Shown here: in pieces, positions 13,665-25,618 of the stretch
Layout: every line of letters starts with the position of its first letter
How positions within the stretch are numbered: the stretch's first letter is position 1
Origin: Octopus sinensis
Taxonomy: Eukaryota
DNA: 64,000 nt
Direction: 5' to 3'
NCBI RefSeq assembly: GCF_006345805.1
Contig: NC_043000.1
Span: forward strand, 93,682,001 to 93,746,000
Program-made: the position numbers and the translations under genes
Notes under the pieces: model-generated
Told to the model about the DNA's origin: nothing
The model's database searches: none
What the model saw: the letters and a program-made list of their open reading frames with translations, nothing else

Positions 13665-13864
13665 TTTAAATGCACAACTGAAAGAAACTATGAATAGTTT
13701 CATGCTTTCATGATACTTCGATAGGCATATTTAAAAAATATGCCATGTAACACACAAACAGAGCCTGAAAGATTGCTTTAAGATACCATGGTGCTTCTTA
13801 TAAATATGCTTGTTCAAGTATCATAAAAGCATAAAACTATAGCTCTTTCAGTTGTGTATTTAAA
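13665..13864. mobile_element. MITE with long TIRs (taaatgcacaactgaaaga...tctttcagttgtgtattta)
   Basis: The arms are reverse complements over ~55 bp. Same family as 39784-39917, but with a longer spacer. Confidence 0.75.
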
Positions 13865-14291
13865 CCATAGTGAATTGAATTGTTTATAAATCAAATAATG
13901 TATATAAGTCGAAACAAATTGTTGGCTTGTTTGGTTTTTTAATGATTTTTTATGTTATCTCATATTATATTATATTCATAGTATATTATGTTATATTATA
14001 ATATAAATAAATTATTGGATTGTCAATTGTATCTCTCCATTCAATTTATGGGTAATATATATACATACATATATATAAACAAAAGGAAAGTGCACTCAGC
14101 ACATTCAATCAGAGTTATATATATTAATGTATTATTTAAAGCAGTAAGATTTGGGTCTGTGCTACATCAAATTATACGGGTCTGTAGCAGGAGCCCGACC
14201 CTGTCAAGCATCTGGATTGCCAAATGGAGAAATCCAGGAAAGGGTCTGCAAAACCTGAAGTGGCATGGAGCCAAATCAAGCAGTTTTAAAT

Positions 14292-14327
<36 letters not shown>

Positions 14328-15172
14328 ATGCAGTTAAGTATATTTCCAGTCACAGAGTGATTGATGAACTTGCATCCAAAAAGGGCTTAGCTCCGTGGAC
14401 AACAAATATATATATTGGATCCTTGGATCATACTTAGCAGATGGATACTTCGCTCTACACTCAGCATTACAGCTTATCTTTGGGTAAAATTTTTCAGTAT
14501 ACACATGTTCCTTTGGGATTCAGTGAAATAAGTACCAGTGATACGCTGGTAAGTATTAGACTGGATAACTGAATACTTTGACGACAGGATAAAATGTTTT
14601 GTTATATCCTCAGTTGATGAAATCTATCAAACTTAAATTTGCTTCTGGGGTTGATGGAATAATAACAGAAATCTAAAAATTTAGATGTATTCCTCTGTAT
14701 ATATATATATATTTTTGCTTTTAATTAAATACCATCAGATTTAGCTTTGCTTTTTATCCTTTCAAAGTTGATCAAACAAATACTACTAATATTTTAGGAG
14801 TTAAATTAATTGGCTATACTTTTGTGGCTTTGTCCTAAGTTTTTAAATTATACACAAAAATTTCTTCACCATGCATAACTGCTTTGTATGATGTCTTCTT
14901 TATATTCCTCTCTTTCTTTCTCTCTTATTCTAGTGTAATCACAAACACACACACACATGTATGTAGATAATGTGTCTCTCAGGCACTCAACTATGAGTCC
15001 ACTAGAAACAGCTGTAAGCTAATGAAGCTCATAAGATAATCGTTCATTCCTTTGTAACCTCATTTTCTTATAAATAAATACATATACGTAATTATATATA
15101 TATATGTATATATACTCATATACATATATATGTACATACATATATATAGACACAGATTTATATATATATATA

Positions 15173-15560
15173 AGCGCAGGAGTGGTTGTGTGGTAAGTAG
15201 TATGCTTACCCACCACATGGTTCTGGGTTCAGTCCTACTGCATGGCACATTGGGCAATTGTCTTCTACTAAAGCCTCGGGCTGACCAAAGTCTTGTGAGT
15301 GAATTTGGTAGATGGAGACTGAAAGAAGCCCATCATATGTGTGTGTGTATTTGTGTGTCTTTGTTTCTCCTCCCACCATCACTTGACAACCAATGCTGGT
15401 GTTTTTACGTCCCCCGTAACTTAGCAGTTCAGCAAAAGAGACCAATAGAACAAGTACTAGGCTTACAAAGAATAAGCCCTGGGGTTGATTAGCTCGACTA
15501 AAGGCAGTGCTCCAGTATGACCTGAGTCAAATGTTTGAAACAAGTAAAAGAGTAAAGAAT
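15173..15560 (+). mobile_element. SINE-A, full length
   Basis: agcgcaggagtggttgtgtggtaagtag...gggttcagtcctactgcatggcac...aagtaaaagagtaaagaat, preceded by (TA)n. Confidence 0.9.
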
Positions 15561-16078
15561 ATGTACGTATGTATGTATGTATGAATGTGTGTATATATAT
15601 ATACACATAGATGTACAAACTTATATATTCTGTTTACGATTTACTTTCGCAACAAATTTCATGTCTTTGTAATATTGACATCTTTTTTTTGTTTTTGTTA
15701 CTATAAATTTTGTGTTATTTTCTTTTTAATTTAACATTTAAAAATATACATATTTTTTTAACTCTTGAATATTTTGGCGGTGACTGCTGGAAGTAATGTG
15801 GAATATCTTCCTCTGGTAGTTCACTAACATCACCTTATACACCCCAATGCCAATATTTGGTGCCAAAAGTCAGCACCATCACCACTTACTTTTATCATCA
15901 TCATCATCACCATCATTGCAAGAGTTTTTCTAATAGTTTTTACTAATGACTATTGTTATTATGGTTGTTCTTTTTGGTGCTGCTGCTGTTGTTGGGATGT
16001 AATTGTTAATATTTTTACTGCCATTATCTATTGGGTATACTTTGCACGCACACACACATACACACTTATATACACATA

Positions 16079-16142
<64 letters not shown>

Positions 16143-16387
16143 ATAATATTAGGGAATAAATCCAAATTACAGGGAAAAAATCAGATTTAGGATTAATCCA
16201 ATTTTATAGTAAAATATTTTATATATATATATTTCATATATATAATATTTTATATATATATATATATATATATAAAGGCAAATTAACAGAGATCACAGAA
16301 GTGATATAAGGTATCTTGTCATACCGAATATACTAAAATAATTTTGCCTTTAGGTTTTAATTGCTAATAAACCACCTTTTAATAAGT

Positions 16388-16576
16388 TATATAAATAAAT
16401 ATATGTATATATATATATTATATTATATATATTATGTATAATATATATATATAATATATATAGATATATATATATATATATATATAAATACATAATATAT
16501 ATATGTATATATATAATATCTATATATATATCATGTATATATATATAATATATATATAGACATATATATATATATG

Positions 16577-16636
<60 letters not shown>

Positions 16637-17102
16637 CTATATATATGTATATAGATATATAAGATATATATCTATATAATATATATATATAATTATATGT
16701 TATATATATATAATATATATATTGTATATATATTATATATATATGTATATATATTAAATATATATATATATGTATATATATGTATATATATATGATGTAT
16801 ATATATATAGTATATATATCTATACTTATATGTATCTATATATGTATATATATTATGTATATATATATTTATATCTATGTATATATATTATATATATATA
16901 TATGTATATATATATATGTAATATATTGTATATATATATGTATATATAATGTATATATATATATTGTATATATATATGTATTATATATGTATAATATATG
17001 TATATATATATATGTATATATGATAGTATATATATATTATATATATATATGTATTATATATATATATATTATATATATATATATGTATGTATATATATTA
17101 TA

Positions 17103-17188
<86 letters not shown>

Positions 17189-17366
17189 GTTATATATATA
17201 TGTATATATATATATGTATATATTATATGTATATATATATATGTATTATATATGTTATATATATAATGTATATATATAGTGTATTATATGTATATATATA
17301 TATTATATTATGTATATATATATATATATATATGTATGTATAATATATTATATGTATATATATATG

Positions 17367-17421
<55 letters not shown>

Positions 17422-17430
17422 TTATATATG

Positions 17431-17466
<36 letters not shown>

Positions 17467-17467
17467 G

Positions 17468-17523
<56 letters not shown>

Positions 17524-17548
17524 ATATATATATATGAATATATATATG

Positions 17549-17579
<31 letters not shown>

Positions 17580-17977
17580 TATATATATATATATATATGT
17601 ATATATATGTATATATATATGTATATATCTGTATATATATATATGTATATATATGTATATATATATGTATATATATGTATAATATAATATGTATATATAT
17701 AATGTATATATATGTATATATTATAGTATATATTGTATATATATATATATATGTATCTATATATGTATATATATGTATATATATATATGTATATATGTAT
17801 ATATATTATATATGTATATATTATATGTATATATATGTATATATATATATATATATAGATGTATATATATATATGTATATATATATATATAATATATTAT
17901 ATAATATATATATATATATTATTATATATATATGTATATATATATATATTATATAATAGTATATATATATATATATA
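16388..17977. repeat. ~1.6 kb degenerate (TA)n array
   Basis: Almost exclusively A/T alternation with scattered G on the + strand. It accounts for all I/Y-rich ORFs from 16350 to 17956. Confidence 0.95.
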
Positions 17978-18240
17978 TTGTTATATTTCGGAATGGTCAT
18001 ATTGCCAGTTTATATATACACACAAATAGCCCTACACATCTCACATCTATTTTCTTTCCTCCACCTCACTCTCTATTTTGTATCTTATCTAAATTAACTA
18101 TTACTTAACCATCTTCTCACACCCTCTCTGATGAAGGGATATAATAAATATCCTGGAAACAGCTGTAAGACCTTCTGTCTATAAATGTTCTAAATCTACA
18201 CACCCTTGGGTTTTTATCTCATTTCAGAAAACAAAATATT
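17978..18240 (+). mobile_element. Short Penelope-like (pLTR-type) element abutting (TA)n
   Basis: Non-repetitive ~260 bp between TA tracts that contains the hammerhead motif at 18125-18170. Confidence 0.5.
18125..18170 (+). ncRNA. Minimal type I hammerhead ribozyme motif
   Basis: TCT-CTGATGA-A-GGGATAT-aataa-ATATCCT-G-GAAAC-agct-GTA-AGA. It has the core CUGAUGA and GAAA, a 7-bp stem II, a palindromic stem III (ACAGCTGT), a GUA triplet and a 3-bp stem I. Confidence 0.6.
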
Positions 18241-19109
18241 TATACATATATATATATTTATCAAAAGAAAAACAGGATGCAAAGGGATTATGCTTGATGC
18301 TTAAAATTGATGTTTCCCCAAAAGTTCACGGACAAAAAAATCAGTAGTATTGCAGAAGGTGTAAGGTTTACAATGGGGACACTATCTTTAATCTTTTACT
18401 TGTTTCCAGAATAGAACTGCTCCATGATGAGAGTAATTATTCCCTCTCTTTCTCTCTCTCTCTCTCTACATTTAGATGTATGTGTAAATATGTACATGTA
18501 TGTACACACACACACACACACACATGTTTTATGTATATATATATATATATATATTGTTGTATTTCAGGACGATCATTTTATTATTTTTTTCTTTACTCAT
18601 TTATTACTGTTCTTATTTTATTATTTCAACTCATGTCCATTGTCCAGAAATCTTTCATCACATACCTGTGACCTCTTCAGCAACACTTTTCGTTTTCATG
18701 TGTGCTCTTCCTCCACATACCCCATTCTGTTCTTCTAAGGTGTGTAGGCAGTATCATCCTGAATATACAAATCATTGAGAAGGTCATGGATAGAATGTTT
18801 TGGTCTTAGGTCTGCTCCATCAGGCCAGACATTTACCTAAACAACTGCAACAGCTATGAAAAGATTCTCAGTCTTCTTCAGAAGATAATACTGCCTTTGT
18901 TTCAATTAATTTTTAAATTTATAAAGAATTTTGTAAAATAACTTAGTTGTTATTAAGCAGGTTCTTGGAGCATAAATTGACATGAAATTTTTATGAAAGT
19001 TTATAATTTATATTATCTTAAAACAAAATATTTTATCATAGAACCAATTGTAGTTCTCAGGTGGGTTGATATAAAAAAATATACATTGGTAAAGAATTTT
19101 GGAAAATAT

Positions 19110-19320
19110 CTTTGATGTTTGTGCTGGCAGAATCATTAGCTGTCCAGCAAATTGTTTAGCAGCATTTGTTTCAGCTCATTATGTTTTTAGTTCAAATCGC
19201 CTTGTATCCCTGTGTACTCAATAAAGTGAGTACCTTTTGAGTAGTGAGGTCATTGTAATCAACTTATCCCCCACTGCTAAAATTGCTAGCCTTTTACCAA
19301 AATTTGAAGTCATTATTAAG
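19110..19320 (+). mobile_element. SINE-B, diverged
   Basis: tgctggcagaatcattagc...tagttcaaatc...gagtacc...tgtaatcaacttatccccc...ccaaaatttgaag. Confidence 0.65.
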
Positions 19321-19329
19321 CTGGTGTTT

Positions 19330-19712
19330 GGAATGGCTGTTTGGTAAGAAACTTGCATTCTGACTACATGGTTCTGGGCTCACCCACTGCATAGCACCTT
19401 GGGCAAGTTTCTTCTACTTTAGCTTGGGGCCCAACCAAAGACTTGTGAGTGGATTTGGTTGATGGAAACTGAAAGAAGCCCATTATGTATGTGTGTGTGT
19501 GTTTTTGTGTCTGTGTGTCTCTCTCACCACCACTTGACAACCAGTATTGGTGTGTTCATGCCCCCATAACTTAGCAGTTCAGCAAAAGAAATGACAGAAT
19601 AAGCACCAGGTTTTAAAAAAAATAAATAAATAACTGCATGGTTGGGTTTATTTGACTCAAAAATCTTCTAGGCAGTGCTCCAGCATTGCCACAGTCTAAT
19701 GCCTGAAGCACA
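19330..19712 (+). mobile_element. SINE-A, diverged full length
   Basis: ggaatggctgtttggtaagaaacttgc...gcaccttgggcaag...gaaactgaaagaagccc...cagcattgccacagtc. Confidence 0.8.
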
Positions 19713-20039
19713 TTACAGACAACTGATAACATAATTTTAGTAATGGAAAGTTTTAATTCATATTATTTTAAAACAGGAAGAATTCCTTGCAAACCAGTGA
19801 TGCTCTCATGTGGATTGGCATCAAAAATGGTTAAAACTGTGCCTATGTTTTGCAAAGATGTGAAAATAGCTAAACCTACGACTCTACCCTTTTTCCATCA
19901 TTCTAGACTGTGCTCAGACATATTTACACTGATGCATATGTACGCATCCAAGTTGTTCTCCTTTCTTTCAATTCAATGCCATTTATTTTGCAATAGTTCC
20001 GGCAAAAAGAAACCTGCTGCTGCCATCTTTATTGCGTGT

Positions 20040-20215
20040 AATTCTTCTTCTTCTTCTTCTCCTCCTCCTCCTCCCCTCCTCCTCCTCCTTCTTCTTCTCC
20101 TTCTTCCTCCTCCTCCTCTTCTTCTTCTTCTTCTCCTCCTCCTTCTTCTTCTCCTTCTTCCTCCTCCTCCTCTTCTTCTTCTCCTTATTCTCCTCCTCCT
20201 CCTCCTCCTCCTCAT
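20040..20215. repeat. (CTT)n/(CCT)n polypyrimidine-polypurine tract
   Basis: About 175 bp that is almost purely C/T on the + strand. Confidence 0.95.
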
Positions 20216-21355
20216 TATTATTATTATTATTAGTATTAGTATAATTGTTTGTTATTTCTTTTTCAACCATCACAACTGTTGCTCTCGCTACTGTTATTTC
20301 AATTGTGTTTGGAGGAGTCGCTCTGCCTGTTATCTCAGCTGCGGGTCTTTTCCTCCATGTTCCTAACAGCAACTAATTCACTCATACACTCAATGTTTTC
20401 TGTCGTTAAGGCCCTCACTGTCCCCCCTCCTCTTTCCTTCTTCTTTTTCTTCTTGTTTTTCTTCCTCTAACTTATTGCTCTTGTTGTTGCTTAGTCCTTC
20501 CTGGTCACCCTTGACTGCAGATATATATTTTGTCCACAGTCATCCTGTTTATATATACGTGTATCTTGTTTTTCATTGGCCATTTTATACTACTACTTTT
20601 TAAGATGCTAAGGTGGGGATTCAAGTGAATTTCACTGCTATTTCTAACAGATCAAGACACTTTAGAAGTTCTTTCATTGGCTGTATTTTTGTTTATAATA
20701 TGGCTTTTGCATCCCCCTTGCTCTCTCTCTCTCTCTCAACTCTTTTCACAGCTGTCTTCATTTCTGTGTCAGAGTAGGCGTTGATGTGTTTTTTCCCCTT
20801 TCTTGCTACACACACACACACATACTCGTAACATTTGTGTTGTCATAGCTTTTTTTACAAGTTTGAACATATTTGCTACATTGCTATGTAGGGTGACATT
20901 TGCTTGATGCTCATGTAATCTGTTCTGTTTAACAGGGCTTTAGCAATTTGATGTGGGAGCTTGGCCTATGCATTTACGAAAACAAGGCTTCCAGAGAGAA
21001 AGGGCCTGGTATTAAATGACTGAAGTATTACTTGGACGAATTCAGTACTTCAGTCAATAAAGGACTCATTAAAGTACAAGTACACACACATGGACACATA
21101 TACACGTATACACACATATGCACATTTGTATACTAAACTGCACATACACATGCACATTCACACAATAACACAGGCAAATGTATATACTAATGCACACACT
21201 GCCTCCCACATGTGCACATACAACCATACACTTATTCATGTATACACAGACATGCACGAATACATATACATATGTACACACATGTACAGACACTCATGCT
21301 AATGTGCATGTACATGCTTATGCATGCATACACACACACACACATACATGCATGC

Positions 21356-21386
<31 letters not shown>

Positions 21387-22579
21387 CACACATACAGTGT
21401 TTCACATTGCAGCTTGACCTGAACACGCCCTTCAGCTTCAGTCTTGTCGTTCCCATTATTAATTATCCTGTAATGAAATCCAATGAAGAAACACAAACAA
21501 AAACATGCAAACGAGAGTGTCGCAGAATCCTCCACCATGAAAGCAAGATTTCATATCAGTTGGAACAAAACCGGGAAGTCAAAGTGTTACATACAACAAC
21601 AAATGTAAGCCTGAGACAATAAAGGAAACCCCTATCTGCTTGTTTGGTCTTTGAAAAATAGCAGCCAAATCTTTCTCAGTTGAAACCTACTTTAAAAATA
21701 AAATTTTCAAAATCACATGACAAATTGGATAATGCTTATTTTTACCTGGCAGCAGTATGGAAGATTTGAATGACTCCCATTTTCTTACTGGTACCGATTA
21801 AGTCAAGCCATTTAAGAGAAGTTTAAAACAGATGCCATAAACGAAAAAGATAAAACAAAGTAAAAGCAGTCTGAGACGCAAACACGATGAAGATTGACCA
21901 GTTTAAAGCATTGTGTGTAAAGATTTAACAACAATTTCTCTCACCTTACAACCTTAACATCAACAACAACAACATAATAGCAACAATAACAATGGAAAAA
22001 TGTTCATCTAGTGAAGGAAAAACTAAGTCTAAGACAGGGACAATGATGATGATGATGATTATAAAATTGATGATGATGATGACTATAGTGGTAATAATAA
22101 TGATGTTGACAATGATGATGACAACAGCAGTGATGATGGTGAAGCTGGCTTTGTTGTTGATGATGATGATAATAATAACAGTTATTAATAATGTTGATGG
22201 TGACGATGATGATGATTGATGATGATGATAGTGATTGCAATAATGGTATCTTAAATTTAGTAGGAAGCCTCAGGCAAGTACTGCTAGAACACTTACATTG
22301 TAATAAAGATGCAATAAAATGGTAATATAAACACTATAGCAATGGTAATAATGCTCGTACTAGTAAACATTTCTCAATTAATAATATTGATAATATCGAT
22401 TATCACATTTTATGGCTTCAAATTTCATTTAGTTACTTATTTATTCATTTATTTATTTATCTATCTGTTCCTCTTTTTGATGTAGCACTTGCTTATAAAT
22501 GACATTTACTAAACTGTACCAGTATAATAATAATAATAGTAATAATAATAATAATAATGATAATAATGATAATAATAAT

Positions 22580-22968
22580 CTTGAAATAGAAATTAGAAAA
22601 ATGTGGAACCTGAAGACTAAAACAATACCTGTTGTCATAGGTACCCTGGGAATGATAGCGAAAGGGGCTGATTGCTACCTAGCTCAGATACCAGGAAACC
22701 CCAAAATGGCAGAAATTCAAAAGATAGTGCTCATGGGAACTGCTCATATCCTATGCAAAATACTTTCTATGTAATCTCAAGTTTTAAAACAAACATAATT
22801 TTCTTATTGTTTTTTTAAACATTCACTAGTACAACACTAAGTACAAAACCAAATATATGGCACCCTAGGCATAACACCAACATGAACTTCCAACTTGTTG
22901 TCTCTTGAGGTCTCTGGGTGAGACTTTGAGCCAACTTGTATAAATGTAAAGCAAAAGTCAAACATAGA
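22580..22968 (+). mobile_element. 3' end of a restriction-like-endonuclease (R4/Dong/Hero-type) non-LTR retrotransposon, copy 1
   Basis: LEIEIRKMWNLKTKTIPVVIGTLGMIAKG...IQKIVLMGTAHILCKILSM* (stop at 22772) matches the RLE C-terminal pattern EIxRMW...PVVIGALG...IQKxxLxGTAxILR. It is flanked by (AAT)n on both sides. Confidence 0.8.
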
Positions 22969-22983
22969 ATAATAATAATAATA

Positions 22984-23026
<43 letters not shown>

Positions 23027-23039
23027 CAACAATAATACA

Positions 23040-23300
23040 CTATTGAAATACAAGGACCTTAAGATTGAGATATCTAGGATGTGGCAATTAAAAGCCAAAA
23101 CCATCCCTTTTGTTGTTGGTGCCCTAGATCAAGAAAGGTAATGACAAATTTTTTGACCAAATCCCTGAGAAATAAACAATCTGTGAGACACAAAAAATTG
23201 TGTTGACATCAACTGCCCACATTCTCAGAAAGTTTCTCTCCACCTAATATATATATGTCTTAGCTCTCTGGTTGAGACGTGGTCAGAATTGGAAAATTAT
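23040..23300 (+). mobile_element. 3' end of an RLE-type non-LTR retrotransposon, copy 2 (different subfamily, frameshifted)
   Basis: LLKYKDLKIEISRMWQLKAKTIPFVVGAL / IKKGNDKFFDQIPEK*TICETQKIVLTSTAHILRKFLST* includes the KY-x-DL motif. It shares the 3'UTR motif tctctgg(g/t)tgagac with copy 1. Confidence 0.8.
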
Positions 23301-23344
23301 AATAAAAAAAGCAACAACAGTAATAATAATAATGAGAATGATAT

Positions 23345-23932
23345 TGCAAATTTTGACCTAAGGCCAGCAATTTGGAGTGGAGATGTTGGTCAATTACATC
23401 AAACCTGGTGCTTGGCTGATTCTGTATTTTTATTGACCCTTGAAGGAATGAAAAGCAAAGTTGACCTTGGTTGGATTTGAACTCAGTATGTAAAGACTCA
23501 GATGAAATGCTGTGAAGCATATTATCAGACATGCAAATGATTTTACCAAATAATAATAATAATAATGATGATAATTCTTACTTTGGTACTAGGCCACCAA
23601 TTCTGAGGGGTGGGCAAGTGACTTTCATTGACCCCAGTGCTCAACTGGTATTTATCTATTGACCCTGAAAGGATAAAAAGCTTAAGTGACCTTAGTGGAA
23701 TTTGAACTCAGAACATAATGATAGGCAAAATGCTGTTAAGCATTTTGCCCATTGTACTAATGATTCTGCTAGCTCACTGCCTTATTGTTGATGATGATGA
23801 TGATGATGGCTTCAAATTTTGCCAGAAGGGCAGCCATTTTGGGGGAGGGGATGTGTTGATTAGATAGACCCCAGTGTTCAACTGGTATTTAATTTATCAA
23901 CCCTGAAAAGATGAAAGGTAAAGTTGACCTTG
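23345..23932 (-). mobile_element. Three consecutive SINE-B copies (about 23345-23550, 23575-23783, 23808-23932)
   Basis: Each contains ttgaccc...gaa(a/g)g(a/g)at(g/a)aaa...gacc; the first two continue to tttgaactcag. They are separated by (AAT)n/(GAT)n. Confidence 0.85.
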
Positions 23933-24527
23933 AATAATATTATAATGATAATAATAATAATATTGAAGAAGACGAAGAATTTTCATATTCGCCACAAGGG
24001 CAACATGAAAGTTTATTTTTAATGATTATAAATAAGCACAGCAACAAGAGTTCTGTTAAAGAGAAATCACAACATGATTATGGGGACTCCAGTATGGTCA
24101 CCAACCCTGACCGAAATTGACAAAGTGAGTGAAAGCAAACCATAATAAAAGCAATAACTACAATAACAGCAACAAAACACCATAGAAAAAATACTAACTG
24201 AAAAAAAAAACAAGAAGCAATATCCATGGCAACAGTTGCATCATCTACAACAGCGATAGTTACGACAATGACAACAGCAACAACAACAACAGCAACAGCA
24301 AGTAAACAGTAACAGGAAAGGGTAGTAACTACTAACAATAACCATGACAATGATTGCATCATAAGCATCATCATCATCATCATCGTCATCGTCATCTTCA
24401 TTATTGTCGTCATCACCCGCACCGCCAACACCACCACCACCAACAGCACCAAATGCAGTGGAAGCATTAGGAACAACAGCGACGACAACTGCAGAAATAA
24501 ATTCAAAGCAAAGCACGCACACACACG

Positions 24528-24559
<32 letters not shown>

Positions 24560-24810
24560 AAAAAAAGACTGGCTCGACAACTGTAGCACTTAACAATCAC
24601 TGCGACAACAAACAATTAAGTCTGTAGAGTAGCATCATCGACAATGACAACAACAACAACAAAAGCATCAACAACAGTAAGAACAATAACAAGATTAGTG
24701 GACAATACCAATAGATTTTTTTTTATTATTTTGTATTTATATATTTATTAGTATCATTTTATTATTATTATTATTGCTACATATTATTATTATTATTATC
24801 ATTATTATTA

Positions 24811-24860
<50 letters not shown>

Positions 24861-24884
24861 ATCATCATCATCATCATCAACAAT

Positions 24885-25618
24885 GGTAGCGAGCTGGCAG
24901 AATTGTTAGAGTGTTGGACAAAATGATTTGCAACATTTCTTCTGACTTTGTTCTGAGTTCAAATTCCGTCAAGGTCAACTTTGCCGTTCTTACTTTCAAG
25001 GCCAGTAAAATAAGTACCAGTTGAGTACTGAAGTTGATGTCATCAACAACCCACCTTCGCCCCCAATTCCAGGTCATGTGCCTATAATAGAAAGGATTAT
25101 TATGATTATTATTATTATTATTATTATCATCATTATTATTTTAGGTGGCAAGCTGGCAGAATCGTTGTTGTGCTGGACAAAATGCTTAGTGGTATTCTGC
25201 CAACTTCTAGGTTCTGAGTTCAAATTCCGCTGAGGTTGACTTTGCCTTTCATCCTTTCGGAGTCAATTAAATAAGTACCAGTTACACACTGGGGTTGATG
25301 TAATCGACTTAATCCCTTTGTCTTTGTTTGTCTCCTCTAATGTTTAACCCCCTGTGGGAAATAAAGAAATAATAATAATATTTATTATTATTATTACTAT
25401 TAAGGTGGCAAGGTGACAGAATCGTTAGTACATCGGATAAAATGCTTTGCAGCAGTTCTTTTTGTTTTTTGCTCTGAGTTCAAATTCTGCTACAGTAGAC
25501 TTTGCATTTCGTCCTTTCATGGTCAATAAATTAAGTATAAGTACCTGTTGAACACTTGGATTGAGCTAATCAACTTACCCCCCATTTTAAAATTGCAGGC
25601 CTTCTGTCAAAAATTTAT
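24885..25618 (+). mobile_element. Three consecutive SINE-B copies (about 24885-25096, 25143-25370, 25402-25618)
   Basis: Each begins ggt(a/g)gc(g/a)ag...gcagaat and carries tctgagttcaaattc(c/t)g plus a gactttgc...aagtacc core. They are separated by (ATT)n. Confidence 0.9.

Noticed and set aside
14985-15020. ctatgagtccactagaaacagctgtaag, sharing GAAACAGCTGTAAG with the 18125 hammerhead
   Set aside because: The CUGAUGA core and stem II are broken. At best it is a dead relative, so it is not called.
19743-20372. 207-aa (+) and 129-aa (-) ORFs
   Set aside because: Their length comes from the CTT/CCT tract, and the unique parts have no recognisable motif.
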